Part shown: positions 10,656 through 20,903 of the stretch, piece after piece
How positions within the stretch are numbered: position 1 is the stretch's first letter
Layout of the letters: every line of letters starts with the position of its first letter
Notes under the pieces: model-generated
Told to the model about the DNA's origin: nothing
The model's database searches: none
The model's input: the letters and a program-made list of their open reading frames with translations, nothing else
Made by a program: the position numbers and the translations under genes
Origin: Mesotaenium endlicherianum
Lineage: Eukaryota
DNA: 34,831 nt
NCBI GenBank assembly: GCA_009602735.1
Contig: WELA01002449.1
Location: 1-34,831, forward strand
Reading direction: 5' to 3'

Positions 10656-12590
10656 GATGCCATTGTTGCTAGCTGCCAATGCCGAAGCCTCTTCACATAG
10701 AAGTTGCAGCATGCTGAAGGTTGTGGACGACGTGGTGCACTTGGACCATGTCGAGGTTAACCTGTCGTCAATGCATACTTGGAAGCTTAACTTAGTAAAT
10801 CATGTGTGCACGCACTGTCTCAATTGCTCAATACTTGCAGCCATACCCAAGCTCCCTCATTCTAGCTACCACACATATAGTGAGAGAGGTACGTCTCTTG
10901 CAAAGCAACAAGCTTAAACTCAAAGGTATAGCACAACAGACTAACAAGTCCTCTAGCACCGCTGGAGTGCACACCCCTCTCTATACTAGCCGTGGATTGC
11001 ATATAACAACACACAACAACTATGATCAAGTGGGATAAATGAGTCATATCCAACTTGCTATGATGCAACTCCCTTGAGGCTGCCCTTGATGCTTGCAGAC
11101 ACCTCTTCCATCAAGCCTCCACTTTAGGCTTCTTGTTGCGTGGATCTGTACACAAGAGGCTAGGAAAGTCACGTTAGTATGCCGCATAGTACATTGAGCC
11201 TAGAGACACACTAGGTGAGCAAGTGGAAGGATCCTGGACAGGACGTGCAATGCCCTACATCATACACTTCCCAAGCTCCACCTAGACTCATCATACCACA
11301 CAAGTAAACCTCACACACTTACCTCATGAGTCAAAGAAGACGAGCACGGACATTCAAAAAAGGACTTAGCTCCGATACCACTGAAATGAATCTTGCTTAT
11401 TCAAGATTAATATACTTCATTTAAATATATAAGATCAAAGATAGGTGGAAGTGTGTGAAATCAGGGAGCGGTCTTTGCTCTTACAAGAATTTTGTTTACT
11501 CACCTATAACCCTTGATTCACTTACCGTAGTATGCCATAGCTGCACACTAGTACAAGGCATAAGAAAGAGGCGAGCTTGAGAACTAGAGCTTCTCCTCTA
11601 GAAACTCATGACCTCTAGCCTACCAGGCATATAAGCATGTGTAAGCACATACACAACATTAAGGGACTAGATAGCAAAGGCGCTCTCGTTCAGATGACCA
11701 TAAAGTAGCTAAAACACATCCCATTGACTTGGGTGCAAAACCATAGAATCTGTTCGCTGTGTGACCCCAAAATGTCAGAAGACATAACTATGTTTATAAG
11801 ACTCCAAATTGAGCAAACTTAACAACAACAAATGCATCTTGACGAGACCTTTCCGAAAAGTCTTAGTTTGCTCCATTTGGAGCGCAGATGAAGCAGCCAT
11901 GTCAGTTTTCGTGAAGGCTGGTCATTAGAACAAACACAAAAAGTGCACACATGACTTGCAAGTAGAAATCCGACTGTAAAGCCTACTGTCCAGAATGAGG
12001 GACCACGAGATCCCAGCCTGCTATGTACCTAGTGACCACCTGGTTGACCACAGCGCAAGCTGCGCCATTTCGTGGAAAACCCGTTAAGTTGGGACCCACG
12101 GATCTAGGTATAACGACCATATTAATTGGTCGGTTGACTGAAGCCCTAACTTTTCAATCGACTGACGACGGCTCCGCCTACCCAGGAGTTGACCACACTG
12201 GTAGGACATTGGTTTATCGAATCTCAGTCGACCTCCCGACTTTCAATATACTACGGTCACATGTGCCAATCTACAAATAATAATTCTAAATGAATATATC
12301 TATCCTCAGCGTACTTAAGCTAAGTATGCTCACTAATATCAAGCGAGCTTACTATATGTCAACCTACTCATATTACAGCCTATATAAAACTGATATATAA
12401 ATCTTAGCAAACTACACTATGATACAAAAGTCATCTTGCTGACCTTTTTGACAATGTAAGTAAATTCGCATTACATCGACAAACATTCAATTAGATGAAC
12501 TCGCACATGTGAGTATATTGACATAATATTTATTTATTGTTGTATTTATACATGCAATTAATTAAATAAATGATGAACTGATTCATTACA
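10656..12590 (-). mobile_element. Family-D LTR element, 5' end (1209-bp LTR, PBS, apparently non-coding internal region), interrupted by A2
   Basis: The minus strand reads TGTAATGAATCAGT (12590) ... GATTCATTTCA (11382), then G, then PBS TGGTATCGGAGC (11380-11369). No gag-like ORF in 10656-11368. Confidence 0.82.
11382..12590 (-). repeat. Family-D 5' LTR (1209 bp) with family-A termini
   Basis: TG...CA ends identical to family A over 14 and 11 bp; adjacent PBS. Confidence 0.83.
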
Positions 12591-14206
12591 ACGAACCTGG
12601 CTGTCCCCCTCTCAAGACTGCAATTAAATGCAGTGATGACATCCCTGAGTACAGATGTGGAAGCTCAATTTTCTGCCGCCTTTGATGCGGACCCTTATTA
12701 CACGAATGGCGAGGCAGCCCTTGACCCACACAAGAAGCAAGAAGAAAACTATTGGGTGAGACAAGACACGGGACAAAGATGCGTGCCTAACAATCAAGAG
12801 CTACAACTCTTGTTACTTCGAGAAGCACACGACAACCTACTTGGAGGTCACTTTGGAATATTAAAGACCACGGGCGTGCTCTCGAGGACTTTTTGCTGGC
12901 CAGGAATGTCTAAGCAAGTGAAGGAAACCTGCAGGAACTGCGACGCATGCCAAATAATGAAACCATCATCACAAAAGGCGGGAGGACTTCTTCAACCACT
13001 ACCAATTCCCAAGAGACAATGAATAGACATCTCCATGGACCTCATCGTGGACTTGCCAGTGACACCACGCGACTACAATGCAATATTAACAGTGGTGGAC
13101 AGACTTACAAAGATGGCTCATTTCATCCCAACAACAACCAAGGTTACAGCACCCCTGTTAGCAAGACTCATCTTTGACAATATATTTTGATTACATGGCC
13201 TACCATCAAGAATAGTGTCTGATCGCGACCCGAGATTCACAAGCCATTTCTGGACATATCTCTTCAAGAACTTGGGTACATTGATATGTCCACTGCTTAC
13301 CACCCGCAATCAGATGAATAAAAAAAGCACATGAGTCGTACTCTCAAGACCTCTCTAAAGGCCTGCGTGTCTATTCTGGAGCAAGACTAGGACATGTACT
13401 TGATTCCCTTGGAGTTTGCCTACAACAATACGACGCAGGCCTTTACCCAAGAGTCCCCATTCTTCCTCAACTATGGCTTCCATCTGACCACGCCGCTGAG
13501 CTTCACGGCTGGCCATGATGAAATACTTGCAGCGGCAGATTTTTTGGAGACATTATAAAAAGTCCTTGCAGCAGCCACAAAAGTTCTACAACACGCGCAA
13601 GATGCTCAAGCAAAAATTGCAAACACGGCTAGAAGAGAAATTACATACAAAGTGGGCGACGTAGTGTTTCTATCATCCAAGAACATTTTTCTTAACAACA
13701 GGCCTGCCGGCAGCAAGTTCTCTCCCAAATATTTGGGACCCTTCAAGATTATCCAGCAAGTCAACCCCGTTCCTTTTAAGCTAGAACTTCCCCAGACTAT
13801 GCACCTCGACCCCGTATTCCACGCTTCCCTCTTCAAGCCGTATGTGCAACCCGACAACAAGTTCCCAGGACGAGTGAGAACCCCACCAGCCCCAACAATA
13901 GTGGATGATCATATATAGTACAAAGTGGAAGACATAGTGGCTATGAGAAATTTCAGGAGACAACAGCAATACTTGATCAAGTGGAAAGGATATCCAGGTT
14001 CGGAGAGTAGTTGGGTGGCGGCGCACTACCTTGACAAAATTCAGAGAAAGCTGAAACGCTTCCATGCCGCCAACCTCCATCATGGGCCAACTTCAAGTCT
14101 CTCTACTAGAAGCCCAAAGGCTTTAGAGAGGCAGCCTACCACTATCAAGAAGCAGCAAAATACTCCTTGGAGGCAGCCTGCAAGAACCACAAAGAGGAAA
14201 AAATGA
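12591..14206 (+). pseudogene. pol: Integrase + chromodomain of C2, degenerate
   Basis: HHCC zinc finger (HDNLLGGHFG...CDAC), [29 protein letters not shown] and chromodomain YKVEDIV...YLIKWKGYPGSESSW; multiple stops and frameshifts. Confidence 0.9.
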
Positions 14207-14592
14207 CATTAGACACTTTTTTCTTCTCGCAATTTCTGGACAAAAATAAACTGCTACTGTTGATAAGTCTCTTCATATTAAATCTTGAAATTTTACTTAG
14301 CTGTAGTCCATGAGTAGCCGGTCATTTAGAATCCAAGTTTGCTCATTTTGGAACATTGGTGAGCGAGATATGATGCTCTGAGTAGAAGGGGGTCAAGCTG
14401 CTGGCATTATAAGGGCAGAATATGCCTTTTGACATTGTGCCCTCCCTTGAACTTGGAATGCTTTGAAACTCAAGACTATGGTAGAACATTTTACAATGCC
14501 CATTTAGAGACTTACTTTGCGAAATTTGGAGATGTATAGAAGGACTTATGATTTTCAGAAGTTTCTGCGCAGATTTGGAGGAGTGCCTACTC

Positions 14593-15338
14593 TGTAATGA
14601 ATCAGTATATTAGTAGATATAATATTCATTTAAATATAATAGTTAATTAAGTTCAGCCTGCCGAACTTTAGTTAATAGTCAGCCTGCTGGACTTTACTTA
14701 ATAGTCAGTCTGCTGGACTTTACATAATTATCAGTTTGCTGACTCAGTCGAAAGCAGCAGGCTGAAAGTCCATATAAGTCAGCTTGCTGACACATTCTTT
14801 GACAGCAAGCTGACTCCCGTACTCGGTAGCAGCGAACTGCCTTGATATGCATCTAAGTGCGATATGCTAGATGAATAGCCAGATGACATCCCTATGATGG
14901 ATGGCTATTCGGGATGATGGGAGATGGCGGTGGATTTGGTTAACCGAGGTCCTACCAACGTGGTTAACTCCCGGGTAGGCGGTGCCATCGCACTGACCGT
15001 TGAACAGTAAACTCATTCCATGTACATATGCTAGGCATTGCTCTCGAGTTCGGCATTCGGAAACGAGGCCAACTCTCTTGTACAGCTTACTGAGAGAGAT
15101 CTGAATCCAAGGCGAGAAGCCATTGATACGCACTGTCTTCTAACCTTGCTTATGTATGAGTTTACTGATTTGCATCATTGATGCTAGTTTACTCGCATTT
15201 GACTTACGAGTATTATTCCCTGCTAGTGTATTGTCCTTTGCCGTTTAACTAGTTAACGAAAATACCATAAAGATTACTTGCTGATATAAAGATCTTTATT
15301 AATTGTTAATCGCCTATTTTGTGAGACGATTCATTTCA
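14593..15338 (+). repeat. 5' LTR of A3 (746 bp)
   Basis: TGTAATG...CATTTCA followed by the PBS; has one more 26-bp repeat unit than the 3' LTR. Confidence 0.96.
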
Positions 15339-15339
15339 G

Positions 15340-15351
15340 TGGTATCGGAGC
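15340..15351 (+). other. Primer-binding site (tRNA-iMet type)
   Basis: TGGTATCGGAGC, one mismatch to the usual plant TGGTATCAGAGC. Confidence 0.88.
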
Positions 15352-15372
15352 AGTTATCACAGTCTTCTCTGT

Positions 15373-16851
15373 ATGGTAAGGACAAGGTCTCAAACTAGCA
15401 ACTCCCGAGACATGGAGAACCAGGATAACGAGAATGTCGAAAACCAGGCGGAAAGCCATGTAGCGGGAAACCGTACCTATTCGGAAGCAGTAGCGGATAC
15501 TGCAGCTAGGGAGGCTGCAGATGAGGCAGCTGCTATTGCCTCAGTCGCAGCTCAGCAAGCTGAGGAGGAGATAGCCAGACTAGAAGCTGAACAAGTAGCA
15601 AAGGCCGCTGAAGATATACAAAGGAGGGAAGGACAGCCAGCTGACGAGCGCACTGTTGAAGAACTTATGGCATCAAGGGCCAATGTTCTGAACCCACCTC
15701 CTGCCGTACAACTCAATGTACCCCTAGGTCAAATACGTGACCGGCTGAATGCGGCAGGAATTGCTGCTGCAGGAGCAAGAGGGATTGTTGAGGACACTAC
15801 TCAGCGAGTAGATGCCAATGCTGCTGCTGCATTTGCTAATCTACCACCCCAAAATGTAGACTTGGGAGCATTGTTCGTTCAGATGCAGTCGCAAATGGCG
15901 ACCATGTATCAGTCCCAGCAGGAGGACAAAAGAATCATAATGTCCCTACTCCGGGACAGAGACCAACTGGGGTCTCACACCACTAGTGGTGGTGGCCGAG
16001 GGCCTAGTAAGCCCAAGCCGAAACCTCCCCAGGACTATGATCCTGAGGGAAACAGAAAATATTACCTGATCAAGTTTCTCGCGGATGTTGAGCAGTGGCT
16101 GGAGAACTACCCAGAACTGCAAGATTACGAGAAGGTCAGGCACACCGGTGCGCTACTGAAAGGCAGTGCCGCAGACTGGTGGCTTTACTGGAAGGAAGAG
16201 CGTAAGGCTCGGCAACTCGGTGACCCTACGTGGGTAGAGTTTGTCGAGAAGTTGCATGAGAAGTTTGATGTCATCAACCAGCAGGAGAAAGCTATCTATG
16301 CGATGATCTCCCTGACACTGAAGCAGACCACTTCAGTTGCTGAGTTTGCTCAAAAGTTCCAAGAGAACATGATGAAGCAGCCTGATTTGCCAGAACGGTA
16401 TAGGATAGCATACTTCAGGTATGGCTTGAAATCCGAGGTCTCTGGTCATTTTGCTGAGAAAAAGTATGAGAAACTGGCTGACTTGATCCAGGATGCTGAC
16501 GCCTGGGATCAGCAGCAGTTCAATCACAAGCGCCAGAGTAACGCTTTGGTGTCTAAGATTGTCAAAAAGCCCCACGGTTCCTACAATGCAGTTGAAGGAG
16601 ACCAGGCTGAGGATAATCAGGGTGATGAATATGAGTATGAGTACAATGCTATTCAGTCTAGAGGTAGAGGTGGTCCCTCTCGAGGTGGCTATGGAAGGGG
16701 TGGTGGTAGGACTAAGCCGAGACCAGCCTCAGCAAAATCTACTTGCTACCATTGTCAGCAGAAAGGCCACTACAGAGAACAGTGTCCGGTCAAGCACCTG
16801 CCTAAGGTCGAGAGAAAAGACCAGCCTTTAAAAGACAGCAACAGTCAGTAA
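15373..16851 (+). CDS. gag: Gag (492 aa) with CCHC zinc knuckle
   Basis: [10 protein letters not shown] and [10 protein letters not shown] capsid-like motifs, RGG-rich tract, [14 protein letters not shown]. Confidence 0.95.
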   Translation: MVRTRSQTSNSRDMENQDNENVENQAESHVAGNRTYSEAVADTAAREAADEAAAIASVAAQQAEEEIARLEAEQVAKAAEDIQRREGQPADERTVEELMASRANVLNPPPAVQLNVPLGQIRDRLNAAGIAAAGARGIVEDTTQRVDANAAAAFANLPPQNVDLGALFVQMQSQMATMYQSQQEDKRIIMSLLRDRDQLGSHTTSGGGRGPSKPKPKPPQDYDPEGNRKYYLIKFLADVEQWLENYPELQDYEKVRHTGALLKGSAADWWLYWKEERKARQLGDPTWVEFVEKLHEKFDVINQQEKAIYAMISLTLKQTTSVAEFAQKFQENMMKQPDLPERYRIAYFRYGLKSEVSGHFAEKKYEKLADLIQDADAWDQQQFNHKRQSNALVSKIVKKPHGSYNAVEGDQAEDNQGDEYEYEYNAIQSRGRGGPSRGGYGRGGGRTKPRPASAKSTCYHCQQKGHYREQCPVKHLPKVERKDQPLKDSNSQ

Positions 16852-16868
16852 TCCAGTCTACTGACTGT
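16827..16868 (+). promoter_or_regulatory. Predicted -1 programmed ribosomal frameshift signal
   Basis: T TTA AAA heptamer in the gag frame (16827-16833), 7-nt spacer, perfect 10-bp stem ACAGTCAGTA/TACTGACTGT. pol is in the -1 frame and is open from 16806. Confidence 0.8.
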
Positions 16869-19800
16869 GAGGATGCTAGAGATAGTGAGTCGTCACTAGC
16901 TGCCCTCGTAGCAGGTATTATGGGTCCTGCTGAACTGGATTCACTATGCATGCCTGACAAACAGATAAAGGAGACCATCAGTAATATAGACGTCCAGAGA
17001 GTGCACACTCTGGATGCTCTTGTTCCACCTGATGTCCAACATTTCTTTGCTACGTCAGGAGAACAATGCGAAAGTCAGGAAAAGACAGTCCCCCCTATCC
17101 TACTGCATTGCATGATTGCAGGTAGGAAGGTGAGGGCATTTGTTGACGGAGGGGCGTCACATACTTTTATTCACAAGGACTTAGTTAAGCGGCTAAGGCT
17201 GCCTACTGTCACCCAAGGGAATAGAAAAATATTCCTTGGAGATGCCTCAAGTATCCCGGGAGGAGTTATAACCAAGCCTATTGAGGTCCAGTTAGGTTCT
17301 GGCATTGCAGTTCTAACTGAAACGCTTACATTTGAGGTACTCAACACTGGCTTTTATGATCTCGTGCTAGGCAGGTCCTGGCTTAATAGACATCAAGCTG
17401 AAGTGTGTTGGAGCAGAGGTACAGTTAAAGTGAGAGGAGCCAGTGATGGGCAGACTGACTTGGCACCCACCAGTGCTCTTCCTCTTGTCCTGTGTGGATG
17501 GCAAATGAAGGAAAAGAAGAGGCTTCCAGAAGGATGCAAGTTGCTGAATGCAATGGAGTTCGTCAAAAGCTGGAACCAGAAGGAAGACAGAATGTTCTGT
17601 CTGCTGCTAAGAGAGGTACCTCCTCAACCTGAAGAAGTGGTTGAGAAAAAGGTAAGCCCTCCGGAGCACCCTACTGCTGCAAAAATTGTTGCTCAGTACA
17701 CTGATGTGTTTAACATGCCTCCAGGACTACCCCCTAAAAGGGAAGTAGATCATAGGATTGATCTATTACCTGGTAGCCAGCCACCCTGGCAACGCACTTA
17801 TGGCTTGTCTTATTTGGAGAGCGAGGAGTTGAAAACACAGATTGCAGAGCTGGAGGAAAATGGTTACATTTCTCCCAGTAAATCACCGTACGGCGCACCT
17901 ATCCTATTTGTTAAGAAAAAGGATGGCAGTATGCGGATGTGTGTGGATTACAGAGCCCTGAACAGAATTACAGTAAAGAACAAGTATGCTTTACCCAGAA
18001 TCGAGGACTTGCTTGATACCCTGTCTGGCGCTAAGGTGTTCAGTAAGATAGATCTCAAGAGTGGTTATCATCAAATCAGAATTGCTGAGGGGGATGAACA
18101 CAAGACTGCTTTCCGCACACGTTATGGACACTATGAGTTCAACGTGATGCCATTTGGACTGACTAATGCTCCTGCTACCTTTATGGGTGCTATGAATGAC
18201 ATTTTCAGACCTTATTTGGATAAGTTTGTGCAAGTTTTCCTGGATGATATTTTAATTTTCTCTAAAGATGAAGCTCAGCACACTGAACACTTAAAGAAAG
18301 TGCTGGACACTCTGCGGAAAAATCACTTGTATGCTAAAATGAGCAAGTGTGATTTCTTTAAGGAAAGTATTGAATTCTTAGGCCACGTTGTCAGTAAAGA
18401 GGGCATCAGTGTGGATCCTAAGAAAGTCCAGACCATAAGGGACTGGCCAGTACCACAGTCTGTCTCTGAAGTTAGATCCTTCCTCGGGTTGGCTAACTAC
18501 TATAGGAGATTTATTGAGAATTATTCCACAAAGGCCAGTAAACTGACTGACCTTACTAAGAAAGACATCGGGTATGTGTGGGGGGAAGAGCAGCAGGCTG
18601 CCTTCCAGACCCTTAAAGATGCCCTTTGTTCTGCCCCAGTGCTAGCCGTGTATGACCCCAGCAAACCGGTGCAGGTGGTTACTGATGCCTCTGATTTTGC
18701 CATGGGTGCTATTTTGTTGCAGCCTGCTGACAAAACCACAAAGGATGGTAAGGTACGGCAGGAGTGGCATCCTGTGTTGTATGAGTCTATGAAATTTAAT
18801 CCAGCGGAGATTAATTACTCAGTGCATGATAAAGAGCTGCTAGCTATCATTCATGTACTCAAACAGTGGAGAGCATACTTACATGGTAAAGCTTTTAAGG
18901 TGATTACAGATCATCTAGCTCTGACCCACTTTCAGAAGAAGTCCAAGCTGTCGAGGAGGGAGAACCGCTGGAGCCAGATGCTGGAGCAGTTCCAAGTCCA
19001 GATCGACTACAAACCAGGGAAGTTGAATCCTGCTGATGCACTCTCTAGAAGACCTGACTTGCAAGAAAGGAACTTTAGTCAGCATGCTGTAGATAAAGTC
19101 CTGTGTGCACTCACTTCACTAAAGGTGAAAAAGTCCTTCCTTGAACAACTTAGGAAAGCCTACCTTTCTGACCCAACATTTGAGCCCAGCCCCACTACTG
19201 GTGTGTGTCGTGCTACTGCACTCGGGTATAAGCTCAAGGGAGGGGTCTGGGTGACTGAAACCACTTCAGGCAGGCTGAAGCTGGTCATTCCTAATAACTT
19301 GGAAATAAGGTCTCTCTTACTGAGTCAAGCTCATGACAGTCTCCTGGGTGGACATTTGGGGCAGGCCAAAACTGTTGGCAAACTGGCAAAACATTATCAT
19401 TGGGAGGGGTTACCCCGGGAGGTCTTGAAATATGTCAAGTCCTGTGACCAGTGTCAGAGAAATAAGTCTCGGCACACACCACCCGGAGGTCTCTTGCAAC
19501 CGCTGCCCATCCCAGCTGGACGCTGGGAAACTATATCCATGGACTGGGTGGTCTCACTACCAAGAACTGCCAACGGGCATGATTCAATACTGGTAGTCGT
19601 GGATAAACTGACAAAAATGGTCATTTTTATCCCCACAACTGTCAAAGTGACTGCACTCGAAACAGCGAGACAGTTTTACAACCATGTAGTATGCCAACAT
19701 GGGCTCCCTTCTAATATCATCTCAGACAGAGACTCAAAATTCACCTCTAAGTTCTGGAGAGCTTTAATGGGGTTAATGGGAGTCAAACAGCTGCTCAGCA

Positions 19801-20636
19801 CAGCAAACCACCCTCAGACTGATGGGCAGACTGAAAGAACTAACCGAGTTCTGCAGGAGGTGCTGAGAGCATATATTAACCAAAAACAAGATAATTGGGA
19901 TGACCTGTTGCCTCAAATTCAGTTTGCGGTCAACAGTGCGGTGCACGCGTCAACGGGCAAGACTCCTTTTGAACTCAGCCTGGGTAGAGTCCCTAAGTCT
20001 CCTTTAGATGTGCTAGGGGAATCTTTAACTCACCCTGAAGGGATTGACAACCCGGTCTCCCTCCAGTTAACTCAGGAGTTTGCTGACACCCTGTCAGAAG
20101 TCCAACGAAACTTGCACACGGCCCAAGAAAACCAACAAAAATACGCTAATCAACACCGTCGGGAACTGACATTTTCCAAGGGGGATTTAGTCAAACTGCA
20201 TTCTCAGCACCTGTACCTCCCTGGTGTGGTCAAGAAAAAGCTTGGCCCTGTCTGGGTCGGTCCATATTCGGTGGTCCGTCGTGTCGGTCAGAATGCTTAC
20301 AAACTGAGCATGTCAGCTGAATACAAGGGGCACCCGGTCTTTAATGTCTCCTTCCTGGAACCGTACATCAAAGGTGATACACTGTTCACAGGTCGGTTCC
20401 CTGTCCAACCGGGACCGGTCCCCGCTGTCCGAGACGGTGACCCTGAGGAATATGAGGTCGATGAGATTTTAGACGCTCGCTCGGTCCGTCGATCGTCTAA
20501 ATATGTCATGAAATACCTCATTCGATGGAAAGGTTACGATGCCTCGGGGGACACTTGGGAGTTGAAGGACCACTTGACCAATGCCAAAGGGGCGTTGACA
20601 CGGTTCCACCTCCGGGCCGCTGGAGTCCCTCCATAA
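16827..20636 (+). CDS. pol: Pol polyprotein: protease, RT, RNase H, integrase, chromodomain (probably made as Gag-Pol by -1 frameshift; first in-frame ATG 16920)
   Basis: FVDGGAS, FLDD, TDASD, HHCC, D-D-E (ISMDW, SDRD, GQTER), VGPY and chromodomain EYEVDEIL...[15 protein letters not shown]; Ty3/gypsy domain order. Confidence 0.97.
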   Translation, partial: FKRQQQSVIQSTDCEDARDSESSLAALVAGIMGPAELDSLCMPDKQIKETISNIDVQRVHTLDALVPPDVQHFFATSGEQCESQEKTVPPILLHCMIAGRKVRAFVDGGASHTFIHKDLVKRLRLPTVTQGNRKIFLGDASSIPGGVITKPIEVQLGSGIAVLTETLTFEVLNTGFYDLVLGRSWLNRHQAEVCWSRGTVKVRGASDGQTDLAPTSALPLVLCGWQMKEKKRLPEGCKLLNAMEFVKSWNQKEDRMFCLLLREVPPQPEEVVEKKVSPPEHPTAAKIVAQYTDVFNMPPGLPPKREVDHRIDLLPGSQPPWQRTYGLSYLESEELKTQIAELEENGYISPSKSPYGAPILFVKKKDGSMRMCVDYRALNRITVKNKYALPRIEDLLDTLSGAKVFSKIDLKSGYHQIRIAEGDEHKTAFRTRYGHYEFNVMPFGLTNAPATFMGAMNDIFRPYLDKFVQVFLDDILIFSKDEAQHTEHLKKVLDTLRKNHLYAKMSKCDFFKESIEFLGHVVSKEGISVDPKKVQTIRDWPVPQSVSEVRSFLGLANYYRRFIENYSTKASKLTDLTKKDIGYVWGEEQQAAFQTLKDALCSAPVLAVYDPSKPVQVVTDASDFAMGAILLQPADKTTKDGKVRQEWHPVLYESMKFNPAEINYSVHDKELLAIIHVLKQWRAYLHGKAFKVITDHLALTHFQKKSKLSRRENRWSQMLEQFQVQIDYKPGKLNPADALSRRPDLQERNFSQHAVDKVLCALTSLKVKKSFLEQLRKAYLSDPTFEPSPTTGVCRATALGYKLKGGVWVTETTSGRLKLVIPNNLEIRSLLLSQAHDSLLGGHLGQAKTVGKLAKHYHWEGLPREVLKYVKSCDQCQRNKSRHTPPGGLLQPLPIPAGRWETISMDWVVSLPRTANGHDSILVVVDKLTKMVIFIPTTVKVTALETARQFYNHVVCQHGLPSNIISDRDSKFTSKFWRALMGLMGVKQLLSTANHPQTDGQTERTNRVLQEVLRAYINQKQDNWDDLLPQIQFAVNSAVHASTGKTPFELSLGRVPKSPLDVLGESLTHPEGIDNPVSLQLTQEFADTLSEVQRNLHTAQENQQKYANQHRRELTFSKGDLVKLHSQHLYLPGVVKKKLGPVWVGPYSVVRRVGQNAYKLSMSAEYKGHPVFNVSFLEPYIKGDTLFTGRFPVQPGPVPAVRDGDPEEYEVDEILDARSVRRSSKYVMKYLIRWKGYDASGDTWELKDHLTNAKGALTRFHLRAAGVPP

Positions 20637-20903
20637 CTGTCATTTCAGTTGACACGGGAAGGTGACAGGCGGTCCTGTCTCCATTTAAGTTGGAGGGGAA
20701 AATATATGACAGTTAGTGAGCGAGAGCGATAAAAACACACTCATACGTTTATGTGTAGCGCATCGCAACTACGTCAACTTTTAGCAATCATCCTGTAAGG
20801 TAAACAGCAGCGAAGCCACTATACTAAATACTAACATACTTCCTGCAATCCCTATGACAAAGGTCCATATCCTACTAACTTGTGCCCTGGTTACATGTGC
20901 AGG

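Noticed and set aside
14873..14910. 9-bp hairpin GAATAGCCA/TGGCTATTC in the A3 LTR; possible LTR ribozyme
   Set aside because: Pairing is broken in the A1 and A2 LTRs, and I found no hammerhead CUGANGA/GAAA core in a suitable arrangement.
14867..15133. 88-aa antisense ORF (MRINGFSPW...) repeated four times, with a partly similar ORF at 12023-12280
   Set aside because: Lies inside the LTR, so recurrence just reflects LTR copies. It has no ATG start, and A/D substitutions are not clearly biased to third positions. Treated as a cis element instead.
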